This document shows positions 24,827 to 33,843 of a stretch of 35,053 bases of DNA, piece after piece; position 1 is the first letter of the stretch, and each line of letters begins with the position of its first letter. The notes beneath the pieces were generated by a model that searched no databases, had not been told where the DNA came from, and saw nothing but the letters and a program-made list of their open reading frames with translations. Location: IMG/VR virus record IMGVR_UViG_3300049209_000023, positions 1-35,053 of that record. The stretch is one strand, 5' to 3'. This DNA is from a virus. Lineage: Duplodnaviria; Caudoviricetes. Made by a program: the position numbers and the translations under genes.

Positions 24827-26994
24827 TGGACGTTCGCCTCCCTGACGGAACGATCATCCGCAACGTGCCGGAGGGGACGACGCGGGCGCAACTCGTTCAA
24901 AAGTTGCAGTCCAACGGGATGGCGGTTCCTGCTGAGTGGGTTCCGCAAGAGCAAGAGCAACCCGCTGTTGTCAAAGCCGGACAAGGCATCCGCGAGATTC
25001 CGCGGCAAATCGGGCTCACTGCTCGCGCTGCTGGGCGTGGTCTTGCCTCAATCGCTGGCATCGTCACGGACCCGCTTGCGGCGATCTACAACACTGCCGC
25101 TGATGCTGTGGCCCCTGGCCGGGGTCCGCGCATGCAGCCTCTTGCTACTGCTGCCGAATCAGCCATGACCGCGGCGGGTCTTCCTGAGCCCAGGAATGCA
25201 ACGGAGCGAGTCGTTCAAGACGCCGCTTCGATGGTTGCTGGTGCTGGCGGTATGGCTGGAGCTGCTGGTCGCATGGCAACGGCTGCACCGCAAGCGGCCC
25301 GCTCCGCACTCCAGTCCCTAGCTGCAAGGCCAGGATCGCAAATGGCTGGTGCTGCGGCTGCTGGTCTGTCCGGTGGCTCTGTTCGTGAAGCCGGTGGGGG
25401 TCCTGTTGAGCAATTCGTCGCCTCATTGGCTGGCGGCGTTGCTGGTGGACTTGGCGCCTCGAAAGCCGCGGACGCAGGTAACACATTGCAGCGCATGGCG
25501 CGTCGTGCGCTTACGCCTGAGCCGGTCTTGATGCGTCAAGCTGACTTGCAAATTCAACTGGCCTTGAACCGATCCGGGATCAACTGGAACGAGGTCCCAG
25601 AGCGCATCCGTCAAAACATCCGGTCGGAAGTCTCCCAAGCCCTCAACACGGGTGAAGGGTTGAACACGGATGCGCTGCGTCGGATGCTTGCATTCCAGCG
25701 CACCGGGACGACTCCGACTGTTGGGATGCTGACCCAAGATCCGGGCCAGATCACGCGGGAAATGAACCTAGCGAAGACCGCGGCCAACAGCCGTGATGTG
25801 AGCTTGCAGAGTCTGCCCGGCCTTCAGAATCAGAACACTGCACGACTGCTGTCGAACCTTGACGAAATGGGCGCAGCGAAAGCCCCCGAGGCAATCGACG
25901 TTAGCCGTCGGACCATCTCTGAGCTTGACCAGTTTGCGGCCGGCATGAGGGACCGCTTGAAGGGTCTTTATGACGCCGCGCGAGACAGCCAAGGACGAAG
26001 CCTGCCGCTGAATCAGGGGGTCTTCAATCAGCGCGTTAATCAACTGCTTGACGAGGCGAACGTCGGCAGCTTCCTGCCTGCTGACATCCGCAACAAGATC
26101 AACTCTATTGCGGGAGCAAAGGGTGGATACCCGCTGACTGTTGATAGCTCAGAGCAACTCAAAACCAGCATTGCCAAGCTGTCCAGGAACTCCAGCGATG
26201 GAAACGTGCGAGAGGCTCTGCGTGTTGTCCGCCAGGCTCTAGATGAGACCCCTTTGGCTGAGGCTGCGCCCCGTGGCGCAAGGGGTCAGAATCTTCCCGC
26301 GACTCAAGGGGCTTTCGCGGGCGAAGACGCCATGGCAGCTTTTTCTAAAGCTCGCAGCGAGTACGCACGATGGATGGCGCGCGTTGAAAAGACGCCTGCA
26401 CTCAAGGCGGTGATTGAAGGCGTGGAGCCTGATCAATTCCTTGAGCGCTTTGTCACCAGCAAGCAAGCCCCTGTCGCCTCTGTAAAACAAATGGCCTCCG
26501 TCATTAGCCCGGAGGGCCGGGGGGCGATTCGCCTTTCTCTGGTTCGACAGCTTAAAGACGCTGCGACCAACAATACCGACGACATCGTTAAGTTCTCTGG
26601 CGACTCTTACCGCCGAGCTATTCGGAACATTGGCGAAGACAAACTGCGCGTCTTTTTCAACAAAGACGAGATGCAGATGCTTAAGGACATCGGGGACGCC
26701 GCAAAATACATGCAGGCTCAACCCGCTGGATCCGCGGTGAACAACTCCAACTCAGGCGCCCTCATCCTTGGTAGGGGATTCGATATTCTTGAGCGCTTGG
26801 CATCGAGGACGCCTATCGTTGGTGAGTCGATTCAGGGAACTATTCAGGGTCTACAGCAGCGCGCAGTCATGCAGCCTAGTAATGCGCTTGCCAGGGTTGC
26901 CGGAGAATCTGTCCGCGCCCCTCGTATCAATCCGCTAGTCGCCGCTGTCTCCGCCAGTCCCGCCCAGAGCCGCCAAGACGAGCGCCGCAACTAG
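24826..26994 (+). CDS. DNA ejection protein (gp16-like position)
   Basis: MDVRLPDGTIIRNVPEGTT N-terminus, Gly/Ala hydrophobic stretch, VNNSNSG. Confidence 0.75.
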   Translation: MDVRLPDGTIIRNVPEGTTRAQLVQKLQSNGMAVPAEWVPQEQEQPAVVKAGQGIREIPRQIGLTARAAGRGLASIAGIVTDPLAAIYNTAADAVAPGRGPRMQPLATAAESAMTAAGLPEPRNATERVVQDAASMVAGAGGMAGAAGRMATAAPQAARSALQSLAARPGSQMAGAAAAGLSGGSVREAGGGPVEQFVASLAGGVAGGLGASKAADAGNTLQRMARRALTPEPVLMRQADLQIQLALNRSGINWNEVPERIRQNIRSEVSQALNTGEGLNTDALRRMLAFQRTGTTPTVGMLTQDPGQITREMNLAKTAANSRDVSLQSLPGLQNQNTARLLSNLDEMGAAKAPEAIDVSRRTISELDQFAAGMRDRLKGLYDAARDSQGRSLPLNQGVFNQRVNQLLDEANVGSFLPADIRNKINSIAGAKGGYPLTVDSSEQLKTSIAKLSRNSSDGNVREALRVVRQALDETPLAEAAPRGARGQNLPATQGAFAGEDAMAAFSKARSEYARWMARVEKTPALKAVIEGVEPDQFLERFVTSKQAPVASVKQMASVISPEGRGAIRLSLVRQLKDAATNNTDDIVKFSGDSYRRAIRNIGEDKLRVFFNKDEMQMLKDIGDAAKYMQAQPAGSAVNNSNSGALILGRGFDILERLASRTPIVGESIQGTIQGLQQRAVMQPSNALARVAGESVRAPRINPLVAAVSASPAQSRQDERRN

Positions 26995-27019
26995 CCAGCC
27001 GAGAAACACAGGATCAAAC

Positions 27020-28924
27020 ATGGCAAGCCAACCCTCTTGGTTCAATTTCCAAGCCCTTACCAGCCTCGGCGAGCTTGCTGCTGGGTATCGACTTTACACC
27101 TACGCGCCAGGCACGACGACGCATAAGGCGGCTTACACGGATGAGGCGGGAACAATCCCGCAAACCTATGTGTCAGACGGAATCGGCGGCCTTTACATTG
27201 CCCTTGACGGCCGCGGCGAGCTACCTTCCCCGCTTTGGCTCGCGTCGGGTGGTTATGACATCGCGCTAAAGTCAGTCTCTGGCGCCACTGTTTGGACTCG
27301 TCGGGCCTCTGGTTCGTCAGATGCAGCGAGCGGCCTTGACGAGGCGCTACGCGATGACTTGGCAAGCACCGCAAGCGGCAAGGGTGCCGAGCTTGTCGGT
27401 TTCAAGCAGTCGGGATCTGGGGCCACGGAAAGAACCGTCGGATCCAAGGAACAAGAGACAATTAGCGTTAGAGATTTTGGGGCGGTTTTAGACGGCGTTG
27501 CGGACGATGCCGCAGCGATTCAGTTGGCATTCAATGCGGCCAACGGATCAGGCAAGCGGGTTGTTTTTGATGGTGCGTCGTGCAAGATCGCCAGCAGCCT
27601 CTCGCAAAACAATCACGCTCATTACGATGTTGACTGGCAAGGCTGCCAGGTATCGTTTACGGGCGGCGCTGGTACCTACATGCTCGATATGACGCAGGCT
27701 GGCCGCATCCGTCACATTGGCGGATCGTTCACTGGGTCTGGAGCTAATCACTTCGTCAAGACGGCCGGAAGCGCCGCCGCGCAGGCCACGACCTTTCCTA
27801 CGATTCCGCAGGAAGATCAATGGTCACGCCAGTTGGGGTTCTCTCCAAAACTGGCGCTCGGGTTCTCAACTGTCTTTGACTTTCAGAACTTCACGCGCGA
27901 AGTCTGGATTGAGGGCTACGTCACCGGCAACCTCACAGCCTTTAAGGCGACCGGCAAAGTTGTCAACGTGTTTACGCGTAACACGGTGCTTTATTCGGCC
28001 ATCGCAAGCAGCCAAGCCGTGGTGGTGCGGGGCGATGCTGGTGACGTTACGTTCCGTTATGCAGAGGGCCTGTTCTTTACCGATTGCATCGGGGACACGA
28101 AAGGGACAACCGTTGACCTACAAGACGTGTACGGCTTTGGGTGGGGCGGCCAGTTCAACCAGCTCAAGACTGCGGCTGGCGGTATCGCCTTCGACGTAAC
28201 GAAGGGCATCTGTCCGATTACCCGAGAAATTGGCCTTTCGTGTGGACTCATGCAGGGAAAGCTGCGGATCGGCAACGGGCTAGGATCGCAGTTTCTTTTC
28301 GACTTCAAGGCATCGCTACTGGGGTTCTCGGACACAGATGGCACCGCTATTGACATTCGCGACTTCTGCAAGGGCGTGCTGATTTCTGGCGCGACATTCA
28401 ACAACCCGACCGGCACCGCACGCATGTTTGCCGTGGGTGCTAACTGCGCGCAGATCAAGCTGGACGGGCTTTCGGCTGACGTTGGAACGTACACCAACAC
28501 GCCGACCGTTGATTCCTCGTCTTTGGCAGGCGTAGAGGCCGAGTTCACCGGCGGCTTTACGCCAGGAATCGCGTTCGGTGGGTCGTCTACCGGCATCACG
28601 TATTCGACGCAAAACGGGCGCTACTACTGGCGCGGCGGGCAGATCACCGGCTATTTTGAAGTTAGCCTGACCAGCAAGGGAGCGCAGGTCGGCGCAGCCA
28701 CAATCACTGGACTTCCATTTCAGTGCAAGTTGGTCAACGGAACGGCTACAGTTGGGGGCTTCAGCGGCATGAATACTGCTTTCACGCCAATCCTTGACAT
28801 TACCAAAAACACCCAGGTCATCAACGTCAAGAACGGCGCGGCGGGATCGTCTGCAAACTTCACTGACGCCGATTTCTCCAATGCGACCGTAATCAACGGC
28901 TCGTTTAGCTATCCAGTTAGCTGA
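27020..28924 (+). CDS. Tailspike (head-binding domain plus beta-helix)
   Basis: LYTYAPGTTT N-domain; ISVRDFGA..DGVADDAAAIQ.A beta-helix cap; C-terminal ITGLPF domain. Confidence 0.85.
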   Translation: MASQPSWFNFQALTSLGELAAGYRLYTYAPGTTTHKAAYTDEAGTIPQTYVSDGIGGLYIALDGRGELPSPLWLASGGYDIALKSVSGATVWTRRASGSSDAASGLDEALRDDLASTASGKGAELVGFKQSGSGATERTVGSKEQETISVRDFGAVLDGVADDAAAIQLAFNAANGSGKRVVFDGASCKIASSLSQNNHAHYDVDWQGCQVSFTGGAGTYMLDMTQAGRIRHIGGSFTGSGANHFVKTAGSAAAQATTFPTIPQEDQWSRQLGFSPKLALGFSTVFDFQNFTREVWIEGYVTGNLTAFKATGKVVNVFTRNTVLYSAIASSQAVVVRGDAGDVTFRYAEGLFFTDCIGDTKGTTVDLQDVYGFGWGGQFNQLKTAAGGIAFDVTKGICPITREIGLSCGLMQGKLRIGNGLGSQFLFDFKASLLGFSDTDGTAIDIRDFCKGVLISGATFNNPTGTARMFAVGANCAQIKLDGLSADVGTYTNTPTVDSSSLAGVEAEFTGGFTPGIAFGGSSTGITYSTQNGRYYWRGGQITGYFEVSLTSKGAQVGAATITGLPFQCKLVNGTATVGGFSGMNTAFTPILDITKNTQVINVKNGAAGSSANFTDADFSNATVINGSFSYPVS

Positions 28925-28943
28925 AAAACCTAGAGGGATTCAC

Positions 28944-29042
28944 ATGAGCAAAAAACCTGCCGCTCCGCCGAAAAAGCCCCAAGAGCCTACCAAGAAGGGC
29001 GGACCTGGGAATCAGGGATCTGGATCAGGCAACCCGCGGTGA
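28944..29042 (+). CDS. 32-aa Lys/Pro/Gly-rich peptide
   Basis: GAGGG RBS; MSKKPAAPPKKPQEPTKKGGPGNQGSGSGNPR; the stop overlaps the next GTG. Confidence 0.6.
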   Translation: MSKKPAAPPKKPQEPTKKGGPGNQGSGSGNPR

Positions 29043-29389
29043 GCCGCTTAGCTGTCGCGTTGCTGCTGTTCTCATGCCTTCATGAGTTCGCGTGGCAGCT
29101 ATCACCTTCTGAGCTGGGTCTACAGCGAGACATTCGCGATGTGACCCAGTGGGCGATGATCTGTGCCTTCTGTTTATCAGTGCATGTCATCGCCCGTAAT
29201 CGGCTCTTGAGTGCGGTCTGTGCAGCAGTGGCTATCATGTCATCGACGACTGCTCTTTGTGCTCTATGGTGGCTGTTTGACCGGTCTGTATATCAGTGCA
29301 GTGCGACCTATCAAGGTCCGGTCATGCTGCTGTCTGCGTTCGCGGCCTTGGCAGTGTTCTGGAGGTGGAACGATGTCGGGGAGCGTTGA
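29039..29389 (+). CDS. Multi-pass membrane protein
   Basis: About four hydrophobic segments. Confidence 0.7.
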   Translation: MSRLAVALLLFSCLHEFAWQLSPSELGLQRDIRDVTQWAMICAFCLSVHVIARNRLLSAVCAAVAIMSSTTALCALWWLFDRSVYQCSATYQGPVMLLSAFAALAVFWRWNDVGER

Positions 29390-29759
29390 CCCAGTAGTCG
29401 GAGTCGCTCAAGTCCTGAGCGTGTTTGTCGGGGCGGCTACTGCTGCGGCCATTGCCCCGCATCTGGTTGTCCTCATTGCCGGGATGGCTGGAGGGGTCCT
29501 GGGGCTGATGTCCTGGCGCAAATCCGCCATCTGGGAGGGCGTTGTCTACGTCACTCTTGCAGGGATTGGGGCGTGGGTATTTACTGGGACCGCTGCTGAC
29601 TTTATCTACCAGTATCTGCCTTCAACAGCAGACAAAAGACTGATTGCCCCGCTTGCATTTTGTATCGGTTTCGTCGGACACCGATGGACTCAAGTCTTTA
29701 GATGGGCGACGAGAATCGCTAGATCAACCGCAGAAGAGGCGTTGAAGCGGGGCAAATGA
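29373..29759 (+). CDS. Holin-like membrane protein
   Basis: GGAGG RBS, 3-4 TM segments, basic C-terminus; end of the late operon. Confidence 0.6.
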   Translation: MSGSVDPVVGVAQVLSVFVGAATAAAIAPHLVVLIAGMAGGVLGLMSWRKSAIWEGVVYVTLAGIGAWVFTGTAADFIYQYLPSTADKRLIAPLAFCIGFVGHRWTQVFRWATRIARSTAEEALKRGK

Positions 29760-30004
29760 TGGAGCAGTTCTTTCAGTGGCTTGTCTGTAGCCTGATCTTC
29801 GTCCGGGTGTTCTGCGTTGCCCGGTGCATGGATGAGCACACCCCTACACGGGCCAAGGTACAGCATGGTCTAGTGCTGGTCTTGGCTACCGTTTCACTCC
29901 CCATCTTCGTTCCGCAGGACTGGGCCGCTCCCCTGTTGGGGTTTGCGCTTTGGCTACACATGGCAGTTGAGCGCAGACAGCCCGGAGACTGGCTTACTAG
30001 CTAG
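29756..30004 (+). CDS. Holin-like membrane protein
   Basis: Three TM segments and a charged tail. Confidence 0.55.
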   Translation: MMEQFFQWLVCSLIFVRVFCVARCMDEHTPTRAKVQHGLVLVLATVSLPIFVPQDWAAPLLGFALWLHMAVERRQPGDWLTS

Positions 30005-30377
30005 TCTTGCTCCCTCCCTGCTGGGGCTGGGTGGCGGCCCCGATTCTCAAAACTGCGGCATGGCTTGATGCGCGAAGCTGCTTCAGAAAGGCGAAGTCAT
30101 CGGGCGTCTTTGGCTCACAGACGCCGTATCGCAGGCCAACAATCCGCGGCTGAACGACAAGAAACGTGACATCAAGCCCCTCGTCCTCGGCGGCTTCGAT
30201 AGTGCAGTAGGTGCCATGCACTCCGCTTGTTGAGAATAGGACAAAGTTCAGGTCGTCGGCCTGTGCTGTCGGGAACAGCTCGCGTAGCGCGGTCATACCA
30301 TCTCCAACCAAGCGCATGACACCGTAGTACGGGTCATCCTGATCGCGCGTTGGGCTCATGCTTCGTTGCCAGTTCAT
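29997..30377 (-). CDS. Hypothetical protein (NFVLFSTSGVHG)
   Basis: TGATG coupling; last gene of the leftward arm. Confidence 0.75.
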   Translation of the reverse strand: MNWQRSMSPTRDQDDPYYGVMRLVGDGMTALRELFPTAQADDLNFVLFSTSGVHGTYCTIEAAEDEGLDVTFLVVQPRIVGLRYGVCEPKTPDDFAFLKQLRASSHAAVLRIGAATQPQQGGSKTS

Positions 30378-30694
30378 CACTTGTCCCCCTGCTGGGTGGA
30401 GGCCAGGGAGCGGATGGCAGCGGCGCAGTCAAGCGGCCCGGTGCCCTCAAACTGACCTCCTTGTGTCAGGATTTCCCACTTGCGGCGCTCTTTGTTGTCG
30501 CACGCCTTCGCCGCAGCCTCAAGCCCCCGCATGAAGCCCATGCGCTCGGCGGCGGTGGCGTGGGCGGTCATTTGGTCGGTGCTATAGCCATCAATCCAAA
30601 CTATTTCTACGCCACCACCAGGCGCGAATCCACATTCCATTTCCATTGCGCCGTTTGGCTCAGGCAACGGCGGCAGCTTGATCTCGTCAGCCAT
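30377..30694 (-). CDS. Mosaic phage protein (LPPLPEP...YSTDQM)
   Basis: The RBS lies within the linker repeat; typical accessory motif. Confidence 0.75.
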   Translation of the reverse strand: MADEIKLPPLPEPNGAMEMECGFAPGGGVEIVWIDGYSTDQMTAHATAAERMGFMRGLEAAAKACDNKERRKWEILTQGGQFEGTGPLDCAAAIRSLASTQQGDK

Positions 30695-31229
30695 GCTTGC
30701 TCTCCTGCTTTGCGGCCAGGGCGGCGGGTGGCGCGGGGAACGGCTTGTAGTGTGTCGGCCGCAGGCAATCGCCATTGGCATCGGTCCAGTGCGTGTTGAC
30801 GGCCCACCATTCGCAACGATCAGCATCCCACCACGCTTGCTCGGCCCAGCCTTCGTCGGCACTGCCCGCGATGACGAAACCGGACTGCGGCGCCGTCTCA
30901 ATCGGCAGCCAGCCCGCATCCCTCGCATCGCTGGGGGAGGGGTGGGTGTAGAGGGGAACCGCGTTGTACTCGTTGCGGTGCCGCCAGAGGTTGATGAAGT
31001 GTTGGCCGGCTTTCATGTCGGCCAGAGCGCCTTCGCTCGCATACCCAACCGCCTCCCCCTGCGCCTGCTCCGCTTCGAGGGCGGCGAGGGCTTCATTGAC
31101 AGCCAGTTGCGCCGAATAGGCCTGAGCCTCTTGCCACGCCATCGGGCAGACCTGATGATCGGACTTGTTGCCGAGAACGTGCAGGGTTTGCTTGGCCTGC
31201 TTCAGCGCCTCAATTGCCTTGGTGCTCAT
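30687..31229 (-). CDS. Mosaic protein with DUF551-like C-terminus
   Basis: GWLPIETAP...PTHYKPFPAPP. Confidence 0.75.
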   Translation of the reverse strand: MSTKAIEALKQAKQTLHVLGNKSDHQVCPMAWQEAQAYSAQLAVNEALAALEAEQAQGEAVGYASEGALADMKAGQHFINLWRHRNEYNAVPLYTHPSPSDARDAGWLPIETAPQSGFVIAGSADEGWAEQAWWDADRCEWWAVNTHWTDANGDCLRPTHYKPFPAPPAALAAKQESKHG

Positions 31230-32056
31230 TTGCTGCCCCCGAACTTGGCGAGGGCGGCTCGCATGGCTGCCTCGATATGCTCGGTCTCGAATTCATCAAG
31301 GTGCCGGATGAAGTCGCCGTCACGCGTGAAGATCCAGCCGTTGATGTCCTTGTGCCAGGAGATTGCCGCGTTGCCTTTCAGCGGGATGTAGGTCGGCAGC
31401 TCGCTCGGCACTGCCGGCTCTATATAGCAGTCATAGAAACCGGGTTTTTTCTCTGCCGGCTCCCCCTCCGCAGGCCGCTGCGCCTGGGCGGGGGCGGCGG
31501 TGAGCATGGATTTTGCAAGTCGCACCAACTGATCCATTGTCAGGCCCAATTCAGCGTTCAGGCTCATGACTGCCTCGCTTTCCCATAGCGCATCAACTAA
31601 CGAAGCACCAGAGACACCAACCAAAGCAGCAGTGGAACGACTACGCAAAAGTAGATCGCCATGCACGCCACATCGAAGTTCGTCAACTCGTCCAATTTCG
31701 CTCTCCTTTGAGTCAGCATTAGCAGGTGAGGCGGCAAGCATGGCGCGATAGGCCGCCTCTGCTGGCGTCGGGCACTCCACTGAGATTCGTGCAGCGGCGC
31801 CCGCAAGGCACATGCTGATGGTCGGCTCCACCGGCACCAGCGCATAGCCATCCGGCACCGCCACCGGGGCTTGGGAGAGGGCTGCGGCGATCATGCTGCG
31901 CAGTTGAGACTTCGCAGCTTCTGCGTCTTCCATGCCGCTGCCGGCGTCAAAGCGACCGCCGACAAGGGACCATGCCGACGCGAATACTTGCGCCTGTTCC
32001 ATCAGCTTCTGAATCAGCGTCTCGCGCTCGGCCTGCTGGTTGGGGGTGGGGGTCAT
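31226..32056 (-). CDS. Mosaic Ea/nin-type accessory protein
   Basis: VPDGYALVPVEPT..M...YRAMLAA module; coupled ORF. Confidence 0.75.
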   Translation of the reverse strand: MTPTPNQQAERETLIQKLMEQAQVFASAWSLVGGRFDAGSGMEDAEAAKSQLRSMIAAALSQAPVAVPDGYALVPVEPTISMCLAGAAARISVECPTPAEAAYRAMLAASPANADSKESEIGRVDELRCGVHGDLLLRSRSTAALVGVSGASLVDALWESEAVMSLNAELGLTMDQLVRLAKSMLTAAPAQAQRPAEGEPAEKKPGFYDCYIEPAVPSELPTYIPLKGNAAISWHKDINGWIFTRDGDFIRHLDEFETEHIEAAMRAALAKFGGSK

Positions 32057-32298
32057 TGGTGCACCTCATCAAGTTTTGCAATCTCCAGCGCGGCCTGGGC
32101 TTCAGACAGTCCGCGCCAACCTTGCAGGTATTTCGAGTAGTCAGATCGACCTTCCGGTGTCCAGAGAGCCCAGCCCGTACCCTTGCAGTGCGGGCAGTTT
32201 GGACGGCTGTAGCAGGTCGGGTCGTCGCATCGGTCGCCGTTGCAGCAGGACGCGCAGCGCTTCCCGGCGCCCCATGTCCTTCGCGGTGCTCCTGCCAT
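32053..32298 (-). CDS. Cys-rich small protein
   Basis: CASCCNGDRCDDP...CPHCKGTG. Confidence 0.75.
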   Translation of the reverse strand: MAGAPRRTWGAGKRCASCCNGDRCDDPTCYSRPNCPHCKGTGWALWTPEGRSDYSKYLQGWRGLSEAQAALEIAKLDEVHQ

Positions 32299-33032
32299 CA
32301 CCCCTCCCCACCCGCCAGGGTCAGGCCGATGCCGTGGGCGCGCTCTGCGAATCGAGCGCCTGCAATGAATACCGATGCGTAGTGCTGCGAGTGGCGCGCT
32401 TTGCAGAAGCCGTCAAGCAGTGCGCTTTCTGTCAGCGGCACCAGCGCCACAGGCTGCGGTGCGGGGGTGGCTTCAGCCCTCATGCCCGCTACCGCCTCGG
32501 CACGCCAGTGACCAAGCGCAACAAGCTCATCGGCCGCGTCTCGCACCGGATCTTTGGAATCGCCAACAGCAATCACTTCGAGGGCGCGGAGCAAGGCGTC
32601 ACGATCCTCAATGACTGCGGAAAGACGCTCCAATTCGGCACCGCCCCAACCGTTTCCGCCTGTGATACCCGACGCCACTGCTTCCCCGCCTGCGACGGAT
32701 TTGGTTGTGATAGCGGACTCGTAGGCGGCGAGGGCCGCGCGGGCGAACTGGATGCCTTCAGCGACCCATTCGCCGAAGTCCACAGGCTCATCGTCAGAGG
32801 TCCACCAGCGCAGCGCCTCGGCCAGCCTCTGCTTAACCGTCAGGGATTGGTTGTCTTCCATCTTCACGTCCTTTGTGACGTAGCGGATTGCAGCCCCAAA
32901 GCGCTGTTCGTCGATCTGGCACAGAAGTCGACGCAAATCCTTCTCGGCTTCGTTCTCACTAGCGCACAGCATCACATGAACAACGCGTCCGCTCCTAAGC
33001 TCAAAGACCTCAATTGTTGGGCTCATCTTCAC
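32298..33032 (-). CDS. Mosaic hypothetical protein
   Basis: GGAG RBS before GTG; first gene after promoter cassette 4. Confidence 0.7.
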   Translation of the reverse strand: MKMSPTIEVFELRSGRVVHVMLCASENEAEKDLRRLLCQIDEQRFGAAIRYVTKDVKMEDNQSLTVKQRLAEALRWWTSDDEPVDFGEWVAEGIQFARAALAAYESAITTKSVAGGEAVASGITGGNGWGGAELERLSAVIEDRDALLRALEVIAVGDSKDPVRDAADELVALGHWRAEAVAGMRAEATPAPQPVALVPLTESALLDGFCKARHSQHYASVFIAGARFAERAHGIGLTLAGGEG

Positions 33033-33056
33033 TCATTGCTCCGTTTGCATGTCGCT

Positions 33057-33100
33057 AGTCTCTTGCTGATTGGGGCGGTTGTCATTGGGGATTACCCTTA
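33057..33100 (-). promoter_or_regulatory. Early promoter cassette, copy 4
   Basis: TAAGGGTAATCCCCAA, then GAGACT 36 nt after the start of AGGG, then CATGCAAACGGAG. Confidence 0.5.
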
Positions 33101-33107
33101 GTCTGAG

Positions 33108-33116
33108 TTATCCACA
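33108..33116. promoter_or_regulatory. Perfect DnaA box
   Basis: TTATCCACA in the longest non-coding region. Confidence 0.6.
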
Positions 33117-33133
33117 GGACCCGTTTTTGACTT

Positions 33134-33397
33134 GTTTTCTCTAGGCATAGCTCTAGCAAGGGTGAAGGGAGTACCTTCGTGCCCTGTCCAGATGCTGTCA
33201 TACCTACCGACAACACCCCAACAACCCCATGAGGCGATGATTCGATCAAGAAAGGGTTGCTTTCACCGCTTGGCCCAATCTCTACCCTAGTCCCTCATCG
33301 ACAGGCTAGGCAGTCAAACACGGGGTGCGCCGTGCTGCTGGTCTTTCTTCTGGGTGCGGCCGACAAGCCCGTTAGCTAACCCGCCCTGAGGGTCAGG
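33134..33397 (-). ncRNA. Structured G-rich non-coding tract (candidate primer RNA/origin)
   Basis: No ORF in the track; several hairpins; GGGGTTGTTGGGGTGTTGTCGGTAGG on the transcribed strand. Confidence 0.4.
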
Positions 33398-33607
33398 AGA
33401 CGGTTTAGAGAGTGTGGCCCGTGCTGATCTCGGGCTTTCGGCGTGGCACTAATTCCGAGCAATGCAGGTTCACTTGTGTCGGAGATTTGAAATCCCCTCT
33501 GACTGCCACCTATGCCGTACCTGGTGCATCCTCATTTCTGAGAGTTAACGTCACGGGTCCATCTTGCTGCGGATCAGCCTCCGCATCCACACTCTCTAAA
33601 CCGTCTC
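33397..33607 (-). ncRNA. Kissing-loop structured RNA, copy B, inside a perfect 21-bp inverted repeat
   Basis: IR at 33397-33417/33587-33607; GCGG-AGGCTGAT-CCGC and GCCCG-AGATCAGCA-CGGGC on the minus strand. Confidence 0.7.
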
Positions 33608-33615
33608 GGCCAAAG

Positions 33616-33776
33616 AAAAACCCCGCGTGCTTAGGTGGGGCAAGTCCCTGGCATGGGCAGCATCAGTGTTCCAGCGACGGACTTGCGGGTTTCCCCAACA
33701 CTTCTGCATTGCATGCCCCACCTAAAAACGCGGGGTCTATCGCCTATCGCTGGTTGCCAATGCTGCCACACACTGA
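33616..33776 (-). ncRNA. c4/CI-like self-antisense RNA with cognate leader and U-tract
   Basis: Basal helix 33620-33642/33714-33736 followed by a T-run; four internal blocks are complementary to the leader at 33747-33776. Confidence 0.6.
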
Positions 33777-33784
33777 CGGGTCCA

Positions 33785-33812
33785 ATTCTACGGGTTTTCG
33801 CTCTTGACGCAA
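33785..33812 (-). promoter_or_regulatory. Sigma70-type promoter
   Basis: TTGCGT-N16-TAGAAT directly after a terminator. Confidence 0.6.
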
Positions 33813-33822
33813 GCCCAGAAAC

Positions 33823-33843
33823 AAAAAACCCGCCGAAGCGGGT
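33823..33843 (-). terminator. Intrinsic terminator
   Basis: ACCCGC-TTCG-GCGGGT-TTTTT right at the stop of 33843..34067. Confidence 0.85.
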
